From Acidobacteriota bacterium (GTDB taxonomy: Bacteria > Acidobacteriota > Thermoanaerobaculia > UBA5066 > Gp7-AA6): 58,780 nucleotides of DNA. The translations under genes and the position numbers were made by a program. This document shows positions 25,216 through 34,600 of the stretch, piece after piece. The stretch covers positions 1 to 58,780 of the forward strand of contig JANMBR010000100.1 of assembly GCA_031360505.1 (NCBI GenBank). The letters are read 5' to 3'. Under the pieces are notes generated by a model that did not search any database, was not told the DNA's origin, and saw only the letters and a program-made list of their open reading frames with translations. The first letter of the stretch is position 1. The number at the start of each line of letters is the position of its first letter.

Positions 25216-25557
25216 ATGAAAAAGGTTCTTTTTCTGATGTTCGCGGCGGCGGCCGTTCCGCTGGCACTCCAGGCGGAGACCTGGAAAAACGCACCCCTGA
25301 TGGACTCGATGTGCGCCTCCAAGGCCGAGAACAAGGCCAATCCGGACGCGCATTCGACCAAGTGCGCGATCCAGTGTCAGAAGGGCGGCTACGGAATCCT
25401 GACGCCGGACGGGAGCTTCCTGAAGTTCGACTCGACTGGGAACACGAAGGTGGCAGCGGCCTTGAAGACGACGAAGAAGACGGACCACCTGCGCGCGGAC
25501 GTCGAGGGCGAACGCAAGGGAGACGAGATCCAGGTGAAGGCGATTTCCCTGGACTGA
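25216..25557 (+). CDS. Small exported Cys-containing hypothetical protein (113 aa)
   Basis: Signal peptide MKKVLFLMFAAAAVPLALQA and AAGGAG RBS. The mature part carries C...C..C (MCASK...TKCAIQCQKGGYG). Confidence 0.7.
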   Translation: MKKVLFLMFAAAAVPLALQAETWKNAPLMDSMCASKAENKANPDAHSTKCAIQCQKGGYGILTPDGSFLKFDSTGNTKVAAALKTTKKTDHLRADVEGERKGDEIQVKAISLD

Positions 25558-25963
25558 GGGCGGGACATGGCAGAACCGGGGAGGCCGGCCTTCGTGTCCG
25601 GCGCCCCGGGCCCCCCGGGGTCCGCCAGACTTGAACTCCCTCTCCACGCGACGGTGGGCCACTCGACGCGGCCCCTGGGGGAGTTGTGTCGAGAGCGCGG
25701 CACGGTGCGCACGTCGACGAGCTGACGAGTTCTTCTTACGTCCCTGCCTGCCCGCAACCGCGCCCGCGATCATGGCGCCGCCCTCGTCGGGGTCACCCAA
25801 GGTGGCAGTCGTAGAGATGCTGAGTAGTCCTTGTCGCGCTTCTTGACGAACTCGTGGACCGTCTGGAGCGCTAGAGTGCCCGGTGTAGTCTTTCCCTTTT
25901 CCCCGCGGTTGACCGTGGGCAGGGAGCCACGAAAGGCCGAGGCGAGCTCTTCTTACGAGACAT

Positions 25964-27217
25964 ATGGACAAGTTCCTAATCGAAGGGCCCGTCCGACTCT
26001 CGGGCGAAGTCTCGATCTCCGGCGCAAAGAACGCCGCGCTCCCCTGCCTGGCCGCGGCACTTCTGACCGACGAGCCCGTGCGGCTGACCAACCTTCCGAA
26101 CGTCGCCGACATCCGAACACTCGGCAAGCTCCTGCAGCACATCGGCTCGCACGTCGAGTCCGACGGCACGACGGCGACGATCGAAACGCGCCAGATCGGC
26201 TCGGCCGACGCGCCGTATGAGCTGGTCAAGACCATGCGCGCCTCCGTGCTCGTGCTCGGGCCATTGCTCGCGCGCTCGGGCTCGGTCCGCGTGTCCCTGC
26301 CCGGGGGGTGCGCCATCGGCGTGCGCCCGATCAACCTGCACCTGGCCGCATTCGAAAAGCTCGGCGCCGAGGTCACGCTCGACCACGGATACGTCGAGGC
26401 GAAGGCGGCGCGGCTCGCGGGCGCCGAGATCGGGTTCGACACGGTCACGGTGACCGGGACCGAGAACGTGATGCTGGCGGCCACGCTCGCGCGCGGCACG
26501 ACGCGGCTCGTCAACGCGGCGCGCGAGCCCGAGGTCGTGGACCTGGCGCGCATGCTGACGGGGATGGGCGCGAGGATCCGGGGCGTCGGGACCGAGACGA
26601 TCGTGATCGAAGGCGTGGACAAGCTGCACGGGGTCGAGCACGCGGTCATCGCGGACCGCATCGAGGCCGGCACCTACGCCCTTGCGGCCGCGGCGACACG
26701 AGGCGACGTGGCGATCCGCCGCTGCGTGCCCGAGCATCTGGCGGCCCTCACGATCCGCATGGCGGCCACGGGGGCGACGATCGAAGCCTCGGGCGACATG
26801 CTGCGCGTGCGGGCCGACGGTCCGCTCGTTTCTCACGACGTGGCCACCGCGCCCTACCCGGGGTTCCCCACGGACCTGCAGGCCCAGTGGATGGCGCTGG
26901 CCGCGGGGATGGACGGGATCGCCACGATCACCGAGACGATCTTCGAGAACCGGTTCCAGCATGTCGCCGAGCTCGTCCGCATGGGCGCCCGCATCCGCCT
27001 CGAAGGCCGATGGGCGGTCGTCGAAGGCCCCTCGCGCCTGACCGGCGCCCGCGTCATGGCGAGCGACCTGCGCGCCTCCGCAGCCCTCGCCATCGCCGCC
27101 CTCACCGCGGAGGGCGAGACGACGATCGATCGGGTGTACCACCTGGATCGGGGTTACGCGAAGATGGAAGAGAAGCTGACGGGGCTGGGAGCTAAGGTGC
27201 GGAGGGTGAAGGGCTGA
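25964..27217 (+). CDS. murA: UDP-N-acetylglucosamine 1-carboxyvinyltransferase
   Basis: 417 aa. Starts MDKFLIEGP..L.GEV.ISGAKNAALP and has the active-site loop LPGGCAIGVRPINLH. Full-length MurA pattern. Confidence 0.97.
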   Translation: MDKFLIEGPVRLSGEVSISGAKNAALPCLAAALLTDEPVRLTNLPNVADIRTLGKLLQHIGSHVESDGTTATIETRQIGSADAPYELVKTMRASVLVLGPLLARSGSVRVSLPGGCAIGVRPINLHLAAFEKLGAEVTLDHGYVEAKAARLAGAEIGFDTVTVTGTENVMLAATLARGTTRLVNAAREPEVVDLARMLTGMGARIRGVGTETIVIEGVDKLHGVEHAVIADRIEAGTYALAAAATRGDVAIRRCVPEHLAALTIRMAATGATIEASGDMLRVRADGPLVSHDVATAPYPGFPTDLQAQWMALAAGMDGIATITETIFENRFQHVAELVRMGARIRLEGRWAVVEGPSRLTGARVMASDLRASAALAIAALTAEGETTIDRVYHLDRGYAKMEEKLTGLGAKVRRVKG

Positions 27218-27219
27218 CG

Positions 27220-27555
27220 ATGGACTGCCTCTTTTGCAAGATTGCCGCGGGCGACATCCCGTCCAAAGAGGCCTATTCCGACGACCGCGTCTATGCCTTC
27301 CACGACATCGCTCCGAAGGCGCCGACACACGTCCTCGTCATTCCGCGAAAACACATTCCGAAGCTCGCCGACGCGGGGCCCGGGGACCGGGAGCTCGTCG
27401 GCGAAGTGGTCACACGAGCGGCATCGATCGCCCGCGACCTCGACCTCGAGCACTACCGCCTTGTCGCGAACAACGGCGAAGGCGCCGGCCAGACCGTCTT
27501 CCACCTGCACTTCCACCTGCTTGGCGGGCGTCCGCTGGCGTGGCCGCCCGGCTGA
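27220..27555 (+). CDS. HIT-family (histidine triad) nucleotide-binding protein
   Basis: 111 aa. CLFCKI near the N-terminus and the histidine triad HLHFHLLGG. Confidence 0.92.
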   Translation: MDCLFCKIAAGDIPSKEAYSDDRVYAFHDIAPKAPTHVLVIPRKHIPKLADAGPGDRELVGEVVTRAASIARDLDLEHYRLVANNGEGAGQTVFHLHFHLLGGRPLAWPPG

Positions 27556-27558
27556 GAT

Positions 27559-27632
27559 GGGGTCAGGTCTCTCATAGTGTGAGTTTTCTCAGGTGGAACT
27601 GAGGAAAGTGGCAACTTGAGAGACCTGACCCC
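27559..27632. repeat. MITE-like palindromic intergenic element, copy 1 (74 bp)
   Basis: 16-nt terminal inverted repeats GGGGTCAGGTCTCTCA ... TGAGAGACCTGACCCC. The first 28 nt and last 17 nt are identical to copy 2 (37305..37393). It exactly fills the gap between the convergent HIT and 27636..28007 genes. Confidence 0.85.
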
Positions 27633-27635
27633 GGG

Positions 27636-28007
27636 CTAGAAGCTGTCCAGCCACTCCTCGGCTTCCCGGCGCTGACGGAAGATCCGGAGCGCGGCGAAAT
27701 GGCCGCGGGCCAGGGTCTCGAACATGCGGGCCATCGCCACGACGGGGTCGCGATCGGCGATGATCGCGCAGGCCTCGAAGACGATCTCCTCGACCTGGCC
27801 CACGCGCTCGGCAGCGGCCTGGAGTTGAGGGCTCCCGGGCAGCGACGTCATCCCGCTCAGGTCGAGCAGCACGGAGAGGCTGCGCGGCCGGTCGGGATCG
27901 CGCTGCAGGGTGTCGAAGTGCGCCCGCACATCTGGCAGCGTGACGTCTCCCTCGCAGACCGTCTCGATGCGGCCCCGGTCGCGGTGGATTCGGTAGGTGA
28001 TCGGCAT
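27636..28007 (-). CDS. Hypothetical cytoplasmic protein (123 aa), possibly STAS/SpoIIAA-like
   Basis: Clean 123-aa ORF with non-junk composition. The pattern ...LLDLSGMTSLPG...EACAIIA... is reminiscent of STAS-fold proteins, but the assignment is weak. Confidence 0.6.
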   Translation of the reverse strand: MPITYRIHRDRGRIETVCEGDVTLPDVRAHFDTLQRDPDRPRSLSVLLDLSGMTSLPGSPQLQAAAERVGQVEEIVFEACAIIADRDPVVAMARMFETLARGHFAALRIFRQRREAEEWLDSF

Positions 28008-28013
28008 GGCGTT

Positions 28014-28041
28014 TCTGGTTACTGGTTACTGATCACTGATT
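28014..28041 (-). repeat. 4 x 7-nt tandem array 6 nt upstream of the 27636..28007 start codon
   Basis: Plus strand reads ctggtta|ctggtta|ctgatca|ctgattg. Confidence 0.75.
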
Positions 28042-28120
28042 GCCTCCTCCGTGCGCATGCCCGCGAGGGCCGCGGAGGGCGCGGCGAGCAGCGCCGCGAG
28101 GAGGATCGAGCGCCGCAGCC

Positions 28121-29869
28121 TCATGGCTCCCCGGCGTCCGGCACGACCGGCAGGACGACGCGCGACGGATGCGCGGCGTCGTGATGGATGCGGATCGTGG
28201 CGGATCGCGTCTTGCCCGAGCGCGCCTCCGACTCGCCGGTCTGGAGGTTGCGCGAGAAATGCGGCATGAAGCTGCCGCACAGCACGACGCGGATGCGATG
28301 GCGCTTTTCGAAGAGGTTTCCAGTGCGCAGGTTTGGATGGCGCAGCCTGACGATTTCGCCGGGCGCGAGGAGTTTCGGCGCCGGCCCGCCGTCCCGATCG
28401 CTCGCCCGCAGCACGTCCGTGCCCGCGCTCGACAGGTTCCATGCCGTGCCGTCCGGCAGCACGTCCTCGAGCAGCACCCAGAGGTCGGCGTCGGGAGCGT
28501 CGGCGGACAGGAACATCTCCACCTCGACCGGGCCGACGACCCGCACCCTTTCGGCCAGCGGCTCGGTTTCGAAGACGAGGACGTCCGGGCGTTTTGCGAG
28601 CGCCCGGTAGTCGTGCGCGCCGGGGCTCGTGCCATAGGGGTCGATCACGGGCTTGGAGGGATCGGATACGAAAGAGCTCGAAGAGGGTTTGGAGGGGTCG
28701 GGGGCAGTCCGGGGGGGTTGGGGGGTGAGTTTGCCGCCGGCAGAAAGATAGAACGCGAGGGGTTGGGTGCCGGGCAGGGGCATGGTTTCGGCCGAGCGCC
28801 AGGCGTTCTCGCCCATCACGAAGGTGCGGACGCGCGGCTCGCGGTCGACACCGTTGTCGAGACCGCGCACGTAGCGGTCCATGAAGCGCAGGATGAGCTC
28901 CGCGTAGTCGATCGGCGCCGTGGGCCCGAACACACGGTCGCCGGAGTGGTCGGAGTCCTCTCCCCCGTGCGTCCAGGGGCCCATCATGAGCTGCGTGCGC
29001 GGGTCCTTCTCCCCTTTTCGAGCAGCGAGCAAGCCGAGGAAGTTCGTGATCGCTCCCTCCGGACCGTACGTCTCGTCGTGCCACCCCGAGAAGTTGAGGA
29101 CGGCGGCGTTGACCCTGTCGTACCGGCCCCGCAGCTCTGCCCAGTCCCAATAGGATTCGCCGGGGCGATGCGACAGCCACTCGAAATAGTAAGGCGCCAC
29201 ATCCTTCAACTCGGGCAGATCGGTCAGGGCAAGCCGGTACGGCAGCACCAGCTCGAGTCCCTTCCACGCCGCGTCGGCCTCTTTGCCGGTCAGCGGCCCG
29301 GACAACTTCGCGCGGACCCGCGCGTCGGGCGCGATGTTCTCCCAGATCCAGGCGATCCACGACAGGTCCCAAGTGCCGCCGGCATAGAAGAAGTTGCGCG
29401 CCGTGGAGAACGTCATCGCGGGCACCATGGCCTTCAGGTGCGGCGGCGACTCGACGGCCGCCAGCCACTGCACGGCCCCCGGGTAGGACAGCCCGAACGT
29501 GCCGATCTCTCCCGTGGACCAGGTCTGCGCTGCCGCCCACTCGATCGTGTCGTAGCCGTCCTTGCCCTCGTTCACGTAGGGGACGAAGACGCCCTCCGAG
29601 CCGTAGCGGCCGCGCACGTCGACGAGCACCACGGCGTAACCGCGCTTGAGCGCCGCCTGGACGACGTCATTGCCCTCGGCGTGCTTGCGCCCGTAGGGCG
29701 TGCGGTAGACGAGCGTCGGAAAGCGCCCCGCCTCGGCCGGCCGGAAGACGTCGGCGCCGAGCTTCACGCCGTCGCGCATCGGCACGGCGACGCCGCGCTC
29801 GGCGAAGGAGGGCGGCGCTCCCGGCCGGGCGGTCGCGAGCAGGGCGAGCAGGGCGGCGAACAGTCTCAT
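28121..29869 (-). CDS. CocE/NonD-family alpha/beta hydrolase (X-Pro dipeptidyl-peptidase S15-like), exported
   Basis: 582 aa. Signal peptide MRLFAALLALLATA. Family hallmarks: VPMRDGVKLGADVFRP, VLVDVRGRYGSEG, the nucleophile elbow GLSYPG, and a C-terminal beta-sandwich region. Confidence 0.9.
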   Translation of the reverse strand: MRLFAALLALLATARPGAPPSFAERGVAVPMRDGVKLGADVFRPAEAGRFPTLVYRTPYGRKHAEGNDVVQAALKRGYAVVLVDVRGRYGSEGVFVPYVNEGKDGYDTIEWAAAQTWSTGEIGTFGLSYPGAVQWLAAVESPPHLKAMVPAMTFSTARNFFYAGGTWDLSWIAWIWENIAPDARVRAKLSGPLTGKEADAAWKGLELVLPYRLALTDLPELKDVAPYYFEWLSHRPGESYWDWAELRGRYDRVNAAVLNFSGWHDETYGPEGAITNFLGLLAARKGEKDPRTQLMMGPWTHGGEDSDHSGDRVFGPTAPIDYAELILRFMDRYVRGLDNGVDREPRVRTFVMGENAWRSAETMPLPGTQPLAFYLSAGGKLTPQPPRTAPDPSKPSSSSFVSDPSKPVIDPYGTSPGAHDYRALAKRPDVLVFETEPLAERVRVVGPVEVEMFLSADAPDADLWVLLEDVLPDGTAWNLSSAGTDVLRASDRDGGPAPKLLAPGEIVRLRHPNLRTGNLFEKRHRIRVVLCGSFMPHFSRNLQTGESEARSGKTRSATIRIHHDAAHPSRVVLPVVPDAGEP

Positions 29870-29907
29870 CGGTGGAACCTCATGCAGTCACCTCGTCGGG
29901 GGCGGCT

Positions 29908-30624
29908 TCAGGGTGCGGGCGTCCGGGCGGGGGGCGCGGAGGAGAGGACCACCGGCGTACGGTCCTCGGGCACCGCGACCGGAATCCGGTAGATCGAGAC
30001 GCGCGCCTTCTGGCGCAGGTCCTTCAGCCACTTTGCGACTTCCTCGTCGAACGTCCGCACCGAGGAGCGCCGGCGCATCTCTTCGGCGACCGCATCGAAG
30101 GGCTGGACGGCGGCCCCGGCCGCCTTCTGCTCGGGGGCGTACCGCTTCTCGTATTCCGCGCGCGCCTGCTCCTCGTCCGCGTAGGCGATCGGTGCGAACC
30201 TCTCGCGCAGGTAGCGCGCGATCACGAGCTGGCGATCGATCGACGCCCGCACCTCGTCCACGGTCATGCCCGCACGCGCAAACTCGGCCTCGGGGTCTTT
30301 GCCCTCCGCCTTCAGGCGGTCGCGCAGGCTCGCCATGGCCTTCTCGATCTCCGTGGCGTCCGGAGGCGCCGGACCGAAACGAGCCGCGTCGTCGTACTCG
30401 AGGTGCTCTTCGATCAGGGCTTCGAGGATGCGGGTCCGGAACGCTTCGGGGGTCTCGCCGGGACGAAGCTCGAGGCCCGACACGACCATGGCCCGGCGCA
30501 CCTCGCTCTCCGGAATGGCCGTGTCGTTGACGGTCGCCGCAATGCGGTCGACGACCTCCGCCCCGGGCGCCGCCGACGGGCAGACCAGGAGCGAGAAAGC
30601 CAGACACGCCGACGCCAAGCGCAT
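29908..30624 (-). CDS. SurA N-terminal-domain-like periplasmic chaperone (no PPIase domain)
   Basis: Signal peptide followed by VVDRIAATVNDTAIPESEVRR, typical of SurA_N. 238 aa, helical, with no parvulin motif. Confidence 0.75.
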   Translation of the reverse strand: MRLASACLAFSLLVCPSAAPGAEVVDRIAATVNDTAIPESEVRRAMVVSGLELRPGETPEAFRTRILEALIEEHLEYDDAARFGPAPPDATEIEKAMASLRDRLKAEGKDPEAEFARAGMTVDEVRASIDRQLVIARYLRERFAPIAYADEEQARAEYEKRYAPEQKAAGAAVQPFDAVAEEMRRRSSVRTFDEEVAKWLKDLRQKARVSIYRIPVAVPEDRTPVVLSSAPPARTPAP

Positions 30625-30671
30625 GCGAGGAGCATGATACCCAACGGCCTCGTGCTATTTTTCCGTTCCCG

Positions 30672-31523
30672 GTGACTCCATCCAGCAAAAGCGGGCGCCT
30701 CCTCGTGGTGGGAACGCCCATCGGCAACCTCGAAGACCTCTCCCCGCGCGGCCGGCAGGCCCTCGCCGAGGCCGACGCGATCTTCTGCGAGGACACACGC
30801 GTGACCGCGAAGCTCGCGGCGCGGTTCGGTTTGTCCGCCCGGAGGATTTCCTGCCCGGGCCCGCGCGAGGAGTCCCGCGTCGAGGAGTTGCTCGAGCGCC
30901 TCGGCCGCGGCGAAACCGTCGCGCTCGTCTCGGACGCCGGCATGCCCACGCTCTCGGACCCGGGCGAGCGGCTGGTCGAAGCGGCCTCCGCGGCCGGCCA
31001 CACGGTCGTCGTCGTCCCGGGCCCCTCGGCGCCGGCGGCCGCGCTGGCGCTGTCCGGGTTGCCGGCCGTGCCGCACACCTTTCTCGGCTTTCTGCCGGCC
31101 CGCCAGGGCGAGCGCGAGCGTCTGCTCGAGAGCCTGCGCGAGCGCCGCGAGACGCTCGTCTGGTTCGAGTCCCCGCACCGCATCTCCGGATCTCTCGATT
31201 CCGCAGCGCGTGTCCTCGGTGCGCGCCGCGCCTGCGTCGCCCGCGAGCTGACCAAGATCCACGAGGAAGCGGTCCGCGGCACCCTGCCAGAGCTCGCCGC
31301 CGTCTTTCAGGCCCGAGGGGGCGGCCGGGGCGAGATCACGATCGTCGTCGAGGGCCTCCAGGGCGAACCGGCGGCCGCGGCCGACGACGACGTGGACGCG
31401 CGCATCCGCGAAGCCCTTGCCGGCGGCGGCGCCCTGAAGGCACTCTCGAAAGAGATCGCGCGGCGCACGAACCGGCCCGCCCGGGAAATCTACAAGCGGG
31501 CGCTGGAGCTGGCAAAGTCATGA
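30672..31523 (+). CDS. rsmI: 16S rRNA (cytidine1402-2'-O)-methyltransferase
   Basis: LLVVGTPIGNLEDLSPRGRQALAEADAIFCEDTR plus a tetrapyrrole-methylase-fold pattern. GTG start. Confidence 0.93.
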   Translation: MTPSSKSGRLLVVGTPIGNLEDLSPRGRQALAEADAIFCEDTRVTAKLAARFGLSARRISCPGPREESRVEELLERLGRGETVALVSDAGMPTLSDPGERLVEAASAAGHTVVVVPGPSAPAAALALSGLPAVPHTFLGFLPARQGERERLLESLRERRETLVWFESPHRISGSLDSAARVLGARRACVARELTKIHEEAVRGTLPELAAVFQARGGGRGEITIVVEGLQGEPAAAADDDVDARIREALAGGGALKALSKEIARRTNRPAREIYKRALELAKS

Positions 31524-31628
31524 GCGGCAAGATGGTCGGGGACGCCGGCCAGTTCGCGCGGGAATCCCGGGCCCCCATCGTCGCCGCCCTGTCCCTGTCC
31601 GTCCTGCTCGCGCTATGGAAGAGCGGCG

Positions 31629-34600
31629 TCAGGCGGTACCACTCGACGGGGTCGTAAGGGCTGCCGGGCTGACGGGTGCCTGATCCCGCCGACCCGCCAG
31701 CAGCGCCAGGCCGAACAGGAGGAGCAGGAACACGGCGAGGCCTCCCTGGGCCACGTCGGCGGATGCGGGCTGCGCGAGCAGGTCCACAGCGGCGCGGCCT
31801 CCGAAGGAAAAGAGACCGAAGAGCGCCCAGGCCGCCGCGTGGTCGCGCAGGAGGCCAAACGCGCAGACGGCGATCCACGCGGCCGCGAGCACGCCCGAGA
31901 GGAACTCCAGCGCGAATTCGGGCCGCGACCGCAGTTCGGAGGGCAGCATCACGACGACGAGGGCGAGGACACCGAGCGCGCGCCCGGCGGTCGTTCGGAA
32001 GAACGTGCTCTTCCACGCCAGGGTCGCGACCGCCGCGACCGCGGCCAGTCCGAATGCTCCCCGCGCCGCGGCCCAGACGGCGTCCATGGCCGGAACCGCG
32101 TTGCCGAGGCTTCCCGGCAGGGAGGGGTCGGGGTCGTAAAGGGCAGGGACGCGCGAGGAGACGACGTGGAACCACCGCGAAAGGCCCGCCAGGCCCGCCG
32201 CCGCGAGGGCGGCGCGCAGGAGCGCATCGGCGAGGCTCCCCTTGCGCCTCAGGGCCGCGACCCATCCAGGCCGCGCGGCGGCGCAGAGAACGAGTCCCAC
32301 GCAGGCCACGAGCAGAATTGCGAGCAAGCCGAACACGAGCGACACTCCGGCGCCCAGCCGGAAGAGGCCCATGGGCTTCTTGGTGTCGTACTGGCGAAAG
32401 AGCGCGGGCCATGTGTTCGCAAGCCCGGCCGCGCCGAGCAGTCCGGCAACGATCAGGGGCCGGCCGAGGCAGCGCCACCGGAACTCCGGCTCCCGAACGC
32501 GCCGCAGGACGAGGATGATGGCAAGACCGACGAGGGCGCCGCCCGCCACCACCCGCACACCCGTGAGGACGACCTCGCCGGAAGAACGCTTGCGCTGCTC
32601 GCGCATGAAGCTCTCCGGGATCTGGATCGACGGGAGAAACGACGACAGGCGGGGGCCGTGGAAGACCGCCGTCAGCCGCGGCCGCGCCTGCCCGATTCCG
32701 GCCGGCTTCGCCTCGAGGACGACCGTCGTGTCCACGCGCTTTGGCCTCGCCTCGGTGCCAACCTCGAGCACCGCGTACTCGGCGGCGGGATAGCCGAGCT
32801 TGCCGGCGACCTCGGCTGCCCGGCGGCGCGCGTCCTCGGCGGAGAGCGGCGGCGGAGCTGGAGCGTCCTCGCCGACCGGGTTCACGAAGGCCACGACGCG
32901 CCCGCGACGCGCGTCGATCAGGACCTTCCATTCTTCCTTCTTTTCCGGCTGGAAGAAGCGCACGACCCAGTAGGCCAGCGGCAGCTGCCGCTCGGCCAGC
33001 TTCCGGAACGCGGCCGGCCCGCCCTGCGCGATCACGTAGCGCGCGGCGTCGTACGAGAACGGGGGGATCCCCGACGCATCCTGGGGCCTCGCCGCGCGCA
33101 GGCTTTCGTCGTAGGTAAATCCCGTGCCTGTGTAGGCGACGCTCGTCCACGGCTCGGGATCGACGCCGTTGACAACGAGAAAGCGGCGGGCCGTCGCTTC
33201 GGCCGCGGCGCGCCCGGTGGCATCCTCGACGAGAGTGGGGTCCGAGTCGCTCGGCACGAAGAAAGAGGACACGAGCACGAGCGCCGCAACCGCCGCCCCG
33301 ACGCGGACGCCGCGGGAGAGCGGCCGGACATCGGCGACGGACGCGGCCGCAGGCGCCGGCGCGGCCGACTCGGGAACGAAGCCTTGATCGCCGTTCGTCA
33401 GTCCCGTAGCGGGGAGAAACCCTCCGCGGCGCGCGTACAGGACGAGCGAAACAAAAAGAGGCAGCAACAGGATCCCCGCGGCCACCGCCCCCGAGACCAC
33501 GTAGTACGAATTGCCCGACCGCAGCAGCACGAGGGCCGTGTAGAGCGCGTCCACCGTAAAGTGCCAGACGAGCAGCGGCACCACGCCGTAGCGCAGCATC
33601 AGGAACCCCATCACGACGCCAGCCAGGCCCACCTCGAGCCCGCGGATGTAGAAGGGCTGGTTCGGGTAGGTCGAGTGTCCAAAGCCCCAGATGAACGCCG
33701 GCACGAGGACGGCGACGACGCGCCCGGCGCCCAGACGGTCGAGAAACGAGATCGAGAACATCCGGCTGATCCCCTCCTCGGCGACCGCCGGCAGAAAGCC
33801 GATCAGCAGCACGGTGGCCCAGGGCAGCGCGGTGTTGAGCATGTCGTCGTAAGGGATCTCGGCCGGGGACCACGCCCCGAAGTGTCCCGCCACGACGTAG
33901 AACGTCGCCTGGTAGGCGAAGAAGAAGGCGACGAGGGCGTAGCCGAGCAGAACGCTGCGGAAAAAGGCCTTCGTCTGGATCCCGCGGACCGAGAAGGCGC
34001 CGCCGAGCGAGAACTGGCGGGGGAATCGCTCGCGGTACATGGGCTCGGCCGCGGCGACGACGATGGCGATGCCGGCGCCCGTGGCCACGGCGCCGAGGAT
34101 CCCGCGCACGAGCTCTTCCGCGACGTAGGCCGAGAGCGGACTCGCCGTGTCGTAGCCCCAGAGCGTCGACGGCAGCCCGTTCACCATGGACAGGAGGGAG
34201 AGCACGAAGGCGATTGCGCCGAACGCGCCCACCAGCTTCCAGGGCACGTCCTTGAGCACGATCTTGCGCACGAGGACGGCGAGCATCGCGATCAGCGTCG
34301 CGAACAGCGCGAACGTGGCGATCTGCCCGGCCGCCTCGTTCTTGGAGCGCAGCTTCTGGTAGTCCCGCATCCAGGCCTCCGGGACGTGCACGAACTCGGA
34401 GAACCCGGTGACGCGGTCGCCCGCCACGGTGGTCGCAAAACGGACGGTCGCGTCCGCGAACCGAATGCCGGCCTTCTCGTCCACGAAAGTCCAGTCGGTT
34501 CGGTTGGGCCGCGAGACGGGCGTGGCCTCGATCGCCTTGAGGGCGCTCTCGGGCATCTGCCGCGAAGCCAGAAAGCGCAGGGCGATCGCGCGCGCGTCCG

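Noticed and set aside
25770-25952. Minus-strand protein-like fragment ...GKTTPGTLALQTVHEFVKKRDKDYSASLRLPPW... as a small gene
   Set aside because: It has no start codon or RBS in frame, is under 60 codons, and no family is recognised. It may be a pseudogene remnant but cannot be supported as a feature.
25027-27328. 548-aa and 450-aa minus-strand ORFs across murA and its upstream gap
   Set aside because: They are antisense to an unambiguous murA and have Ser/Arg/Pro-rich junk composition.
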